A stretch of 64,000 nt of DNA. Source: Sporopachydermia quercuum (taxonomy: Eukaryota). Each line of letters starts with the position of its first letter. The stretch's first letter is position 1. Below, one piece after another: positions 11,716-23,371 of this stretch. The notes beneath the pieces were generated by a model, which searched no databases, had not been told where the DNA came from, and saw only the letters and a list, made by a program, of their open reading frames with translations. Position numbers and translations under genes: made by a program. The DNA lies in contig BCGN01000001.1 of NCBI GenBank assembly GCA_001599295.1, forward strand, positions 1,922,001-1,986,000, read 5' to 3'.

Positions 11716-12028
11716 TAGTGTGAAGTCTCAGAATAACTGTCGGCCGAACTTTTAGTAAGTAATGTATTAATATATGTATACTTAGTATGATGTCTAATAT
11801 TCTATTAAGGAGTTCCAGAAAAAGTGACAAAATTATTGAGCTGGACTTATCAGCGAACTGAACACCATATGAATTCCCTATTTATTCTAAAATGTGCTGA
11901 GTAATCCAGATGATACAGAGAACACGTACTCAAGAGATACTTAAATATACATACATCACTCCTTAAATTACTTTTCATCAGCGCATTCAGATGCATTGTT
12001 CATTGAACATCTCTCTAAATATCTCTAA

Positions 12029-14629
12029 TCAAAACAAATCTAATAAATCGTTACTGGCTTTAGCACTTGTCTGTCCAGCATTGGAACCGGTTGCTGAAGG
12101 TGTAGTATTTGAGTTTCCATTGGTCGCTCCACCGAGAGATCCCAATAAATCAAGTGTGTTTCCGGAGTTAACGCTAGGTGAGCCAAGCGTGGTTAACGAT
12201 CCTGTTGCTATTGGTGAGCCAAACAAATTCATAATATCATCCTTAGATGAGCCACCAGGAGTCTGGGAAACAGCAGGACTAGAGAATAAATCATTGAGTT
12301 CGTCAAGAACATTACCTGAAGATGCTGCAACTTCCTCAGCCACTTTATCACCATCATCAAAATCAAGTAATGTTTCACCTTGAACAGCTTTCGATACAAT
12401 TTCTTTTTTGGCCATTTGCTCTAGATCAGATATGCCAGTTCCTACCGAGCTGACAGCAACCTTTTGACCTGTTTGAATGAAAGATGATGCAGGCTTATGG
12501 TAAACGGAAGAGATTAATGATAATTCAGAGATCAATTCTTTTAATAGGGCAGGAGAAAATTCTGTAATAGACCCTTTTATCTTTGGTAATTTGGTACTAG
12601 TGATTGCTTTAGCAATCTTGGTATCAGCAGATAAGAGTCTCCAATAAATATATGCTCGATCACGTAAATCTGCATTATCAGATTCATTGGTTGTAAGTTC
12701 CAATACTTGTTGAAGGTATTTTTGAACATCACTAGTTCCTTTCTTCAAGTAGACTTTAACAACAGTAGTGAGAATTTGTCTTTGGACAATTAATGGTTCA
12801 TCAGCGTATGTAGAAGTAAATGCTTCAAGTTTACTTTCCACATCCGGTACTTTACTTGAATAATCACCAATAACCCATATCAATGCTGCTTTAGCTTCAG
12901 GATCATCAATCATATCAAAACTCTCGCATAGTTGAGGAATTATTATATTCTCGAACTTCCTATATCTTCTAATGATATCAGTCAAAACAATAGTAGTTTC
13001 ATTAACAACGTATGAAATTTTACTATTGAACAGTTCAAGTAAAATATCAATTGCTTTTTGAACAGCACTTTCTAATTTTATAGCGCATTGTCCAATTGCT
13101 TTTATAGCCTTACGAACAAATTCTGTATCAACTTCCATTGCATATTCTTTCAGTTCATTTAATAACGTTGATACACTTTGATCATTTGCTAACATGATAA
13201 GAATTTCTAGCTTTTCCAACTTCAAGTAGGGTGGATCATTGTATTTACAGTAGAAGATTCTGATTTCTTTGCTCAATACTGAAGGATACTTCTGCAGAAT
13301 AACTCGAATATTTCTTAAGCCAACATATTGAACTTCCGGCGGTGTGGAAACTAAGGATACCAAAGGAGGACCCATTTTCTTCATTAACGTAGCATGGTCT
13401 TCACCTGATATTAAATCAAGATTAGCGATTGCTACTTTAACTGCTGCCAATACAACGGTTGCATTCACATGTTGGAACTGAGGAACAACACGATCACAAA
13501 TGTGTTTGGCTTCTTCGGGTGTTTCTGCTCGATAACTAGATAATGCTGATAATATTGAAACTCTTCCCCATTCAGTACATTCATTCAATGCTAGTAATAA
13601 TTTACTTAAAACAGGTGGTGAAATAAATAAACATTGTTTCTTACCCATTTGCTCAATTTCTCCTAACGCAGAAACAGCATTGGCAACGACCATTGGATTG
13701 GAATCTTCTAATAATCCTTGCAGCATTCCAAGAAATCCTTCTTCGATGCACATTTCAGGATTNAAATCATAAAGTTTTGCGACACAAATTGCAGCTGTTT
13801 TCCTTACATATGGATTATCATCTTTAATTGTTTTTCTTAGAGGAATTTCCATGTAATCAACAATTTTATCAACTCTGATACAACCCATTGTTCTAATAGC
13901 CAAAGCTCTTACTAATGGGTTATGATCTTCTGAATCTTGAACGAAAGTATTAACAGCTAAAATACATAACTCAGGATGTGACTGTGCGTAATTCATAAGG
14001 TATAAATAAACTAACTTCTTCTGTTCCAAATCGTGGGTTGCAACGTTTTTCAATACATCTGGGAATAGAGCTGAGACGTCTTTGCCAACAGTCATGGCTG
14101 AGATAACCCGTTGAATTGCATCCTTTCTATTGACAGTTGTTAGTATTATGATTCGTCGTGGTGTGCAACGTCTAATCGTAGCATTACAAATACGTAAGGT
14201 TCGTTCGCTTGCTTGCTCAGCAACTCATCNTCAGTATAATCCCGCTCATATCAACTCAGCTTACCTTTCCCAAGCATATTGAGAAACCAAACCACTTCTT
14301 AATTCATATGTTTCACCTATTTATCTTGTTAGTATATAAATCAAGCTACATTAAGCCAAGTCAGTACAAGATCAGGAGAATCTATGCCAATTGTAATTCA
14401 GTTGNTCAACAATTGATACTCTCTTAACATTGGGGTAGGTAGCTGGTCATTCCATTGACCTATGGCTGTAGAGCACTACTTCATACAACACTACTATCAA
14501 ACTACACTATTTTCATATGTATCTAGTGTCATGAACTCTTGAGTTTTTATCTACTGAATTGATTCCTCCATATGACATACCTTTACGGGGAACTTGGAAT
14601 AAGTTACGCAACCTTCTCTCTAATGACAT
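12029..14629 (-). CDS. APL2: AP-1 complex beta adaptin. Exons 14629-14581, 14316-14265, 14126-12029
   Basis: Spliced N-terminus [61 protein letters not shown] matches fungal beta1-adaptin. Introns GTATGT..TACTAAC..TAG and GTAAGC..TACTAAC..TAG. Confidence 0.9.
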
Positions 14630-15995
14630 TTTGTTCTATTTCCTTTCCCAAACCAAACTGAGGTTTTGAATCTAAAGCTTTCTTTTGTTTACTATGCCTA
14701 TAGTGTGTGTTTTTTCTGTCATCAAGTATGAGGGTATTAAATTCTTTAACGACTTCGTTTCGATTTGGAGATGTGCTGACGTGAAACGAGTACCACTATC
14801 CACTTGTAATCCTATTCGATGCAAGATAGCTCTAAAACAGGATCCTAGAATATGTTTAAAAGCCACGAACACGNGTCAAGTTAACATTGATAAAACAACT
14901 ATCTGTTTGGTTCGTAGCAAACAGAATAATTTCATTTTAATCTGAATTGTACTGATAGATGTTTGATGGGGGGAGTGTTTACAAGTTGAGGGTGCCAGAC
15001 AATATGAATAGGTGGTTGTGTCCGGCGGGGTTTCTGGAGACTAAGAGTCGGAGATTGCAATATGGAGATTATGTTAAGGTGTCGGGGAAATTTTGAAATC
15101 AAAGAGTTAAAGGATGGCTGGAAGCTTGCCGATGCAAAACATTCAAAAGTAAATAAATTGAGCGTTAACAGAAAATTCAGCATCGGACACTTACTGCAGT
15201 TGGTTAAAGGATTTATTGCCAAATGAACTAATTGATACGTTATTCTAATCTCAATAGTGTTCTTAATAACGGAGATAGTAGGTTGGTTAACGGAAATGAT
15301 GGAAATATAAGATAAGGTTCAACTTTGGATTGACATTTTGCATGATTCAACATTCCCAAAGGTGCTTGAAATGATTTGTCAGATAAGGAGAAAAAGATGA
15401 TACTATTCTGTTTTTCTATTTCGTTTATAATTCATTTTATNATTTAAATATTGTATCCTTGTCTAATAATTTGAATAAACTTCTGATTGGTCCCCTACTG
15501 TATTTGCATCAATCCCGAGTTTATGTTTATCTTGCATATTCATACTGTCTTCTTGCAGAAAAGGAAGGTTAAACTCAATTTACTACAAAATGAAAAAAAA
15601 TCTTGACATATATATCATTTAATAAAGGAACTATTAGATCAATTGAACATATTAAATGAAATGAAATGAATTATGGCATGAGAAATGTTTTTCTGAATGT
15701 TGTTAGAGAGTAAATTCTTTCCGTTGAACTGGCTTTGGTAGATAAGAAAAAAATTCGAACGAACTCCGTCTATGTGTTGCACATTACGCACCCTCTGTGT
15801 TCTTTGCACCAGAAGATATCACCAATAGTTAAATACCATACCCATCGGAGTCAGAGCCATTGATAGATATTTATGTATTCAACAATCTTTTGTTACCTGC
15901 AGAATCATTTTCGAAGCACTTGGTTTTTTCGGCTTTTTGAATCTGAAGAACAAAACATTCAGGTTCTGATCTAGNTACTCAGTGATCACTCAATC

Positions 15996-17387
15996 ATGCC
16001 TATTGACCTAGGTCTTGCAAGAGTAGCTAGATTGTTAGCCGAGCTAGGAAACCCTCACAGATCGTCATGGAAAGCTATCCACGTTGCTGGTACCAATGGG
16101 AAGGGTTCCATATGTGCATATTTATCAGCAATATTCACACAAGCTAAATTAAAAACTGGCAAATTCACATCACCACATCTAGTTCATAAATGGGATTGTA
16201 TCTCTTTGAACAATAAGCCTATATCCTATCAACTTTTCAAACTTGCAGAAGAGAAGGTCCTTTCATTTAACAAGAGACTGAATATTAATGCAACAGAATT
16301 TGAAATACTAACGGCTGTTGCATTTCAAATATTTAAAGAGCAATCGTGTGATGTAGCCATTATCGAAGTTGGTATGGGAGGATTACTTGATGCAACCAAT
16401 GTTCTAGGACCATTGGAAGAGGACAATAGTAGTAGCCCCAGTGAGTCAAACTTACTAGTCACAGTCATCTCTAAAGTTGGACTTGATCATGAATCTTTTT
16501 TAGGTCATACTGTTGCAGAAATAGCAAGTCAGAAGGGAGGTATTATTAAACATGGTGTACCTTGTGTGGTAGATGGGAGTAATGAACAAGAGGTACTAGA
16601 TACAATTGCCAATATAGCTAAGAAAAGAGGATCAAGCCTGATTATTGCAAAGCCTGTTCAGAAGAGCTCGACAGATGAAGTTCTAGTTGATTCAACTATA
16701 ACGGGAAGAATTCCGATAAGTATTAGTCCGTTACTTGGTGCTTATCAAGCTGACAATCTCTCATGTGCTTTAGCTTGTATTGATCTTGTCAAGGTCATGC
16801 GTAATACTACCATTGGTAAGCATTTGACTCAGAAGGTAGTTATTGATGGAATTAAAAACACTTTTTGGCCTGGTAGATTAGATTGGTTAAACTGTAAAGC
16901 TGCTAGGGATTCAAAACCTAGAAAAATATTACTTGATGGAGCTCATAATGCTCAAGCAGCAGCTCTGCTAGGAAATTATATTGATACTAAAGTAAGGATT
17001 NGAACCAATGAACCAATAACGTATNTACTGGGTTTTACTAGAGGAAAGAACCTGTCAGAAATATTAGCAAAACTTTTGAGACAAGATGATAGAGTGATTG
17101 TAACAAATTTCGGGCGGGTTGAAGGTATGCCATGGATTAAGAGTGAGTCTTCCGAAAATATACTGAAGACATTCGAATCATTAGATATAATACCACAGGA
17201 TAAACTGGAAAAAAATGTGACATATGAACCAACAATAGCGGAAGCTTTACTGGCATTAGACAACCAGGACTATCAAGGAAAGGTAGTCATCTGTGGTAGC
17301 TTATATTTAATATCAGAAGTTATAAGACTTCAGATAAGTTTAGATAATTATCATTGTGAGTGGATTGGAGATAGCAAAACGAGTTAA
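15996..17387 (+). CDS. FOL3: Dihydrofolate synthetase (FolC family)
   Basis: MPIDLGLARV, HVAGTNGKGS, FTSPHL, TEFEILT, EVGMGGLLDATN, DGAHN, CGSLYL. Confidence 0.92.
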   Translation: MPIDLGLARVARLLAELGNPHRSSWKAIHVAGTNGKGSICAYLSAIFTQAKLKTGKFTSPHLVHKWDCISLNNKPISYQLFKLAEEKVLSFNKRLNINATEFEILTAVAFQIFKEQSCDVAIIEVGMGGLLDATNVLGPLEEDNSSSPSESNLLVTVISKVGLDHESFLGHTVAEIASQKGGIIKHGVPCVVDGSNEQEVLDTIANIAKKRGSSLIIAKPVQKSSTDEVLVDSTITGRIPISISPLLGAYQADNLSCALACIDLVKVMRNTTIGKHLTQKVVIDGIKNTFWPGRLDWLNCKAARDSKPRKILLDGAHNAQAAALLGNYIDTKVRIXTNEPITYXLGFTRGKNLSEILAKLLRQDDRVIVTNFGRVEGMPWIKSESSENILKTFESLDIIPQDKLEKNVTYEPTIAEALLALDNQDYQGKVVICGSLYLISEVIRLQISLDNYHCEWIGDSKTS

Positions 17388-17476
17388 TATGAGAAGACGT
17401 TTGGTCACCTGCATTGTCATCAAATCTATTATACAGAAATCGTTATACACTATATTTACCCTTACCTTGCAACATA

Positions 17477-18099
17477 CTACATTACTATATCACTGTCTCC
17501 ATCTTCGCTAATTCTACTCCTATTTTCATCATAACTATTATTAACTTCTTTGCCTGAATCCTTATCATCATTTTCTTTTGCTAATAAGGCTTTTAGTAAG
17601 CTTACCTGTTCTTTCATTTTATCTTCACCAACCCAAGTGGCTTTTCGCGTTATATTTAACGGTAGTAACATTTTATGATCACTGCTTTTAGCAGCAATTG
17701 ATGGGTCTATGCTTCTATCCAATAAAACTATCTCTCTACTTAATTTTGTAGCAGCTAATTCTAATGTTGACATGAAATTCTCTGTATCCTTCTTGAATGC
17801 TTCTTTTGCTTCCTCTACTCGCTCAGCCTGTGTATTCNCATCATTCAATTGCANATCACCACTTGCCATTTTCCCTTCAACTAAATGCCCAACTGCTCCT
17901 GATGCATATTTTAACAATGAAACAAGTTGCTATAATTGTTAATACCACCAGTTCAATATAAACCATCCGCCCATCCCATCAATTGCGGAGTACTGATTTC
18001 TAATTGACATACTTTATCGATTTCTGCTAGAGAATTCAACCGTTCCGTTACATATTTGAAGTTCTCATTCTTATCCTTTGATACTTCATCTGTTGTCAT
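17477..18099 (-). CDS. MED11: Mediator subunit Med11. Exons 18099-18013, 17929-17477
   Basis: Spliced YVTERLNSLAEIDKQLVSLLKYASGAV...FKKDTENFMSTLELAATKLSREIVLLD. Intron GTATGT..TATTAAC..TAG (18012-17930). Adjacent to FOL3, as in S. cerevisiae. Confidence 0.85.
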
Positions 18100-18487
18100 T
18101 TTGTACTGAATAGAGTCAGTGTTGTATTCAATGATTGATACTGTTATTATGTAACCAAGTTCTATTCTCCAAACCAGTTGCCTTTCTAAATGAGCCCAAT
18201 GAAATCAAAAAAAAAAATGCTTAAAAGACTTTCAAATCAATGGTGGTCTAAATCTTTCACATCAACAGTTGAAAGCTATTGTCTGACTATGTTGTGATAC
18301 TATTATATACTATTCTATCATTTAATCTGAATGGAATAATGTAGTCGTAGCCAATCTATTGGTTGAGATGAACATTAAACTTGTGTCAAANCATATATTT
18401 AAGTTTCTGGTAAATTTTTATATGCAGGATTATGTAGGNTTCCAAATCTGTTATATAATACCCTAATATGAGACATTGATATTTTAA

Positions 18488-18495
18488 CAGTCACA
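18488..18495 (+). promoter_or_regulatory. Homol-D box (CAGTCACA) upstream of ribosomal protein gene ASC1
   Basis: Exact CAGTCACA, with an RRPE-like GTGAAAAAT at about 18614-18622 further downstream. Confidence 0.4.
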
Positions 18496-18863
18496 GTAAA
18501 CTGAAAGTGGAAGATATCAGTCGTGCTGAAGTTTACTTCCTACAACTTCTGAAAGACATTGCGTATGGGTATATGTCATCATTTTGGGTTCCATATAGTG
18601 TTCCGAAGTAAAAGTGAAAAATCACTATGAGAGGGATTAGCCAAACAATCTAAGGGAAGGAACGAGCAACACTGACGCACTGACGCACCGAGTATGGGTA
18701 TTGTGAGAATTCAAAGTAAGAGTTACTACTAATTCCTTTTAGATACTGATTTACTTAGGCTGTTCTCTATCATCTTGAGTATATAGAAAAAGAAAGAAAA
18801 CATCAGTTTGGTAGAAATTTGTTCGATATTTTGTTAGACAAACTACAACTGAGATCAGACATA

Positions 18864-20601
18864 ATGAGCAAAGAAGTTTTAGTATTAAGAGGAACTCTCG
18901 AAGGTATGTTTAAAGGTGTATGATGCTTGAAACATTGACTTGAATTCTCAAATATTTTCACATAGTAATCCCATGAGAAGAGCAATTGGTCACCAGTAGA
19001 CATTGAGATTTGGTTATCACAATGCTAATGTCTGTTTGATTTATTTGAACGATTCACTGAATGCTTCATCTAGTTTGTTATATACGTCATAAAGAAATAT
19101 TAACAATGAATACCAGGTCATAACGGGTAAGCATTCAACGATTTGCTATTAGATCAAAGATTATGTTCAAAAATAGTCGAAATTGAAGNGAAGCGTACCT
19201 GGAAATGTTGTACAATCGTCTATCAAAGAGCTCTATCAAAAGCTAAGCAACAGTCACTATTTTTTTTTATCATTTCATCATTCCCCGGCAGTTTTTGGCA
19301 GAATAAATATGTCTGTTTGGAAAGTTTTTCAGCAATGTCATCCCAATACGTTTTTCAACACTGTCGATTATGGCTTTTTTTTGTTTTGTAAAATCTCAGC
19401 AANTCTATGATAATATAATCTAAACCTGCAAAATGCTAACATATTAATTAGTGCTGTCACCGCTTTGGCTACCACCCCTGCCAACCCTGACTTCCTTGTC
19501 TCTGCCTCCAGAGATAAGAGTTTGATCATCTGGCAACTTACTAGGGATGAACAAGCTTACGGTGTCCCCAAAAAGTCTCTCAAGGGTCATTCTCACATTG
19601 TCCAAGACGTCTGTGTCTCTCAAGATGGTAAATTCATCATTTCTGCTTCCTGGGATAAGACTATTCGTCTTTGGGATTTAGATACTGATGAATCTACCAG
19701 ATTTGTCGGTCACACCGGTGATGTTTTGTCTGTTTCTCTTTCTAGCAACTCTAGACAAATCTTCTCTGGTTCCAGAGATAAGACCATCAAGGTCTGGAAC
19801 TCCAATGGTGATTGTAAATTCACCTTCCCTGGTCACAACGACTGGGTCTCTTGCGTCAGATTCTGTCCTGCCCGTGAAAAGGAAAACGAAAGTGACGAAG
19901 AACCAATTCCTTCTGTCATCTCTGCTGGTTGGGATAAGACCGTTAAGGTAAGTTTGATATTTCTGAATTGGTCAGCTAGTTTTCACATTTTTATTTCCCA
20001 TTATATGATGTATCGTTTTTTTAAAAAATATTTGCTACTTCAGACGTTGAAATATACGAATGAGACACATACACTATTTCTGATTTCTTTATGAAGTGGG
20101 AATACTTCACAACAAAAAAGAGCTACTTTGATAGGATTTTCACTTCTGGAATAGTTATTAACTGAAATAATTTAGGCCTGGGACTTACAAGACTGGAAGC
20201 TTGGTGCTGATTTCATTGGCCACACTGGATATATTAACAATATCACTATCTCTCCTGATGGAACTCTTTGTGCTTCCGGTGGTAAGGATGGTTCCATTCT
20301 TATCTGGGATTTGGGCAAGAAACTACATCTCTTCACTTTAATCTCTGGTGATGAAGTTTACGCTTTAGCTTTCTCTCCTAACAGATACTGGCTCTGTGCT
20401 GCTACCTCTTCATCTATCAAGATCTACAACTTAGAAGCTAGAGCTTTGATTGATGAATTGAAGCCTGACTTTGCCCTTACTTCTGCTAAGGCTAGAGAAC
20501 CAGAATGTGTTTCTTTGACCTGGTCTCAAGATGGTCAAAACTTATACGCTGGTTACACTGATAACTTGATCCGTGTCTGGCAAGTTATGAGATCCAGTTA
20601 A
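18864..20601 (+). CDS. ASC1: 40S ribosomal protein RACK1/Asc1 (G-beta-like). Exons 18864-18903, 19117-19126, 19452-19947, 20176-20601
   Basis: Spliced [71 protein letters not shown]. Three GT-AG introns with branch-like sites. Confidence 0.96.
20003..20085 (+). ncRNA. SNR24: Intronic box C/D snoRNA U24 (snR24) in ASC1 intron 3
   Basis: Box C ATGATG (20005), guide ATATTTGCTACTT plus D' CAGA (20028-20044), C' region GAATGAGACA, box D CTGA (20080-20083). Same host gene as yeast U24. Confidence 0.88.
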
Positions 20602-20902
20602 ATGCAGTAATCATGTAATCATGTAATGACACGCATAGTCGATCTCTTGATAAAAATTAATTGTATCTATTATGTNGTTCCGTATTGTAGTTATAGTCTC
20701 GTAGTTGGATCAATCATTGCTAATAGAAAATGAGTTAGCTATGTATAGTAGTTCTATCAGCATTGCAGTCACTGAAATAATATGATTCATACTTATTTAT
20801 TTTTCTATGACAAAGATTATGGTATTATATGCTACATTATATACTCTATTCTATTTGAGAATGTCCCATTTATGCTTCAATAGTACATCACAGTTGTATG
20901 TC

Positions 20903-23371
20903 TTAATGATTCCTTCCTATCTCCTCCATAGCTTTTGAATCGCCACTAGCTAAATGCTCTTCACCTGTTACCTTAGCAATACACTCCCACGCATCACGAG
21001 CACCTCCCCACTTCAACACCTCATTTCTGAACTTCTCTCCAGAGTTTCGTGAAAGTGGATCCGCTGCAAAGAGATGAGTCCAAATTTTCTGTGCAATTGC
21101 TTTATCAAATAAGTAACTATAATAAGTAGCACCATACCCAAACAAATGACCAAATTGACCAAACCATCTAGATTCTTTATCGGCAAAGATTTTATGATCT
21201 TTTTCTAAAGAATGATAAACATTTTCTAGTTGGAAATCAGAATCACCAACCCTGTTTGAATGAAACACCTGATCAAGTAAAGCCATTTTAATTTGACCAT
21301 ATGTTTCACATTGTTTCAAATTAGATGCTTCTACTTGATAATCTTGTAATAATTGTAAAGGTAATGGATCACCAGTTTGATGATGGAAGGCAAACATACT
21401 CAAAACTGCATAATTATTAGCAAACTGTTCCATCAAAACTGATGGTAATTCAACAAAATCTGTAACACACCGTGTTCCTGATACGTTGTGTAAATCAGTT
21501 CTTCCAAGCATAGAATGCATAGCATGACCCATTTCATGGAATAAAGTCTCAACTTCAGATAATGAAAGTAATGATTTATTACCAACTCTTGAATCCTTAA
21601 CAAAATTACAAGACAATGAAATAACAGGTAATTGATACACATCACCAGTTTCGGATACACTGGTTTCAATTGTTTGGAGATTATCAAAAGTATCACTCGT
21701 ATTAGTGTTGGCAGCAGCTTCTTCTAATTCCATCGGATAGATCTTTCTTGAACAGCAGACAGTGAAATGAGCAGGGTTCATATTCTTACCTTCTCTATGG
21801 AACAAATCACAATAAATAATTCCAACTCTCCCTTGAGTTTCAGAGATAACTTCTAGTTTACGTACATCGGGATGCCATACTTCTCCTGGTTTAGTATTTG
21901 CAGGTACGAGTCTTAATCCATATATTCTATCAAACAATTTGGATAATCCTNGCATAACTGATCCTAACGATAAGAAAGAAGAGATTCCAGCGGCTGATCT
22001 AGATCGTTTAGAGTGAAAGTATCTAGATGCAAGAAATTCTCTATCCCAAGGTTTAACATAATCAAAAACGTCTTCAGTGTCAACAGGCTCATCATTCATA
22101 ATCTTTTTCTTCAAANGTGCTAGAACTTGTAGCTCTTTGAGAGCATCTGGTTTTATGGCAGTAGCCAATTGGTTTAAAAATCTGTTGACATTCTCAGGAG
22201 TTTTAGCCATCTTGTCACTCAATAAGTATTCAGAGTAACTTGATTTACCCATCATTTTTGCCAAAGACAATCTGGATTTTAATAATCGTTCTAAGTTATC
22301 AACTTGAGCATTTGGCACGTCATGAATTTCTTGCCAAACTTTCTTTCTTACAGATTCGTCTTGTGCGTCATGAAGTATATAATGGGCATAATGTGAATGA
22401 GTAGGTACTTTTACTTTCCCGAAGTTGAAACCACTGAGCATTGAAGTGTCAATATCTTGTAATTTAGATGACGGTATAGAAAAGCTTTTATGACGGGGAA
22501 CTCCCAGCATATTTTGAAACTGCTGGCCTTGCAGGGAGATCTCGGATGACAGTTCAATAAAGTTTCCTCTTGATGCAGGATCCAAATGAACTCCTGATTT
22601 GACAAAATCAGCCTTCAAAATGTTTCCAACTGCTATTTCTTCGCTACTCAATAAGCCTCGAACATTTGGATCATTCAGTACTCTTTCCAAATTATGATAT
22701 AGATGAGTATTAACGTTAAGAACGTTCATGTATTCAAACATAATTTCATGGCATTGTTGAGCTGCAGCAACAAAAGATTTATCTGGATGCGATAGACGAA
22801 TAAATTCTGCTAAATCAATAACCCTGCATAGCATATCACTCAACTGGTCTAGTTGTTTAATAAAATCTTTCAATCCTTCAATGGGTAGGTCACCAGATAT
22901 TCTCTCCACTAATTTTTGAGCTTTCAGTACAGAATCTGTACAGAACTGTAACAATCCTTGAGGTGATACTAAATAAGGATTACTGAACAATCCCGTTGAA
23001 GTATTTTGAAGTTTAGATTGAGAAAGTAAATCATCAGACATGAGTCCAATCGTATTGTTATTTCGAAAGCTGGTCCATACTAACTGTGAGTCAAATATGT
23101 CTTTGATCAGTGNCTCATCAGCNGCTTTGCCTGCACTGGTAGAAAATTCTGGTATAATAGACTTGAGGGTTTCACCCACTGACCTATCACTGTGTAAGGA
23201 GTTGTCATTTCCGGATGATGATGTTTGTCGTAACTCGGCAGTATTGTTCACTTTAGAGGAAACACTAACATACAACCTTGCTCTGTACGCTCGATTGGAT
23301 TTTATATAGTTTTGTGACGATTTGAAAGTTGAGCAGCGCAACGAACCTCTACCCAGTAGCATACAGCTCAT
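20903..23371 (-). CDS. OCT1: Mitochondrial intermediate peptidase (M3 family)
   Basis: LDQLSDMLCRVIDLAEFIR, TLFHEMGHAMHSMLGRT (HExxH), DFVELPS, FGHLFGYGATYYSY and an Arg-rich presequence. Start is 23371 or 23362. Confidence 0.95.
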   Translation of the reverse strand: MSCMLLGRGSLRCSTFKSSQNYIKSNRAYRARLYVSVSSKVNNTAELRQTSSSGNDNSLHSDRSVGETLKSIIPEFSTSAGKXADEXLIKDIFDSQLVWTSFRNNNTIGLMSDDLLSQSKLQNTSTGLFSNPYLVSPQGLLQFCTDSVLKAQKLVERISGDLPIEGLKDFIKQLDQLSDMLCRVIDLAEFIRLSHPDKSFVAAAQQCHEIMFEYMNVLNVNTHLYHNLERVLNDPNVRGLLSSEEIAVGNILKADFVKSGVHLDPASRGNFIELSSEISLQGQQFQNMLGVPRHKSFSIPSSKLQDIDTSMLSGFNFGKVKVPTHSHYAHYILHDAQDESVRKKVWQEIHDVPNAQVDNLERLLKSRLSLAKMMGKSSYSEYLLSDKMAKTPENVNRFLNQLATAIKPDALKELQVLAXLKKKIMNDEPVDTEDVFDYVKPWDREFLASRYFHSKRSRSAAGISSFLSLGSVMXGLSKLFDRIYGLRLVPANTKPGEVWHPDVRKLEVISETQGRVGIIYCDLFHREGKNMNPAHFTVCCSRKIYPMELEEAAANTNTSDTFDNLQTIETSVSETGDVYQLPVISLSCNFVKDSRVGNKSLLSLSEVETLFHEMGHAMHSMLGRTDLHNVSGTRCVTDFVELPSVLMEQFANNYAVLSMFAFHHQTGDPLPLQLLQDYQVEASNLKQCETYGQIKMALLDQVFHSNRVGDSDFQLENVYHSLEKDHKIFADKESRWFGQFGHLFGYGATYYSYLFDKAIAQKIWTHLFAADPLSRNSGEKFRNEVLKWGGARDAWECIAKVTGEEHLASGDSKAMEEIGRNH

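Noticed and set aside
14127..14264. CTGA-nGATGA-..CTGA boxes in APL2 intron 2
   Set aside because: No convincing box C and no recognisable guide.
18692..18742. Intron-like signals upstream of ASC1
   Set aside because: 27 or 51 nt is short for this window, and a TATA-like element lies downstream.
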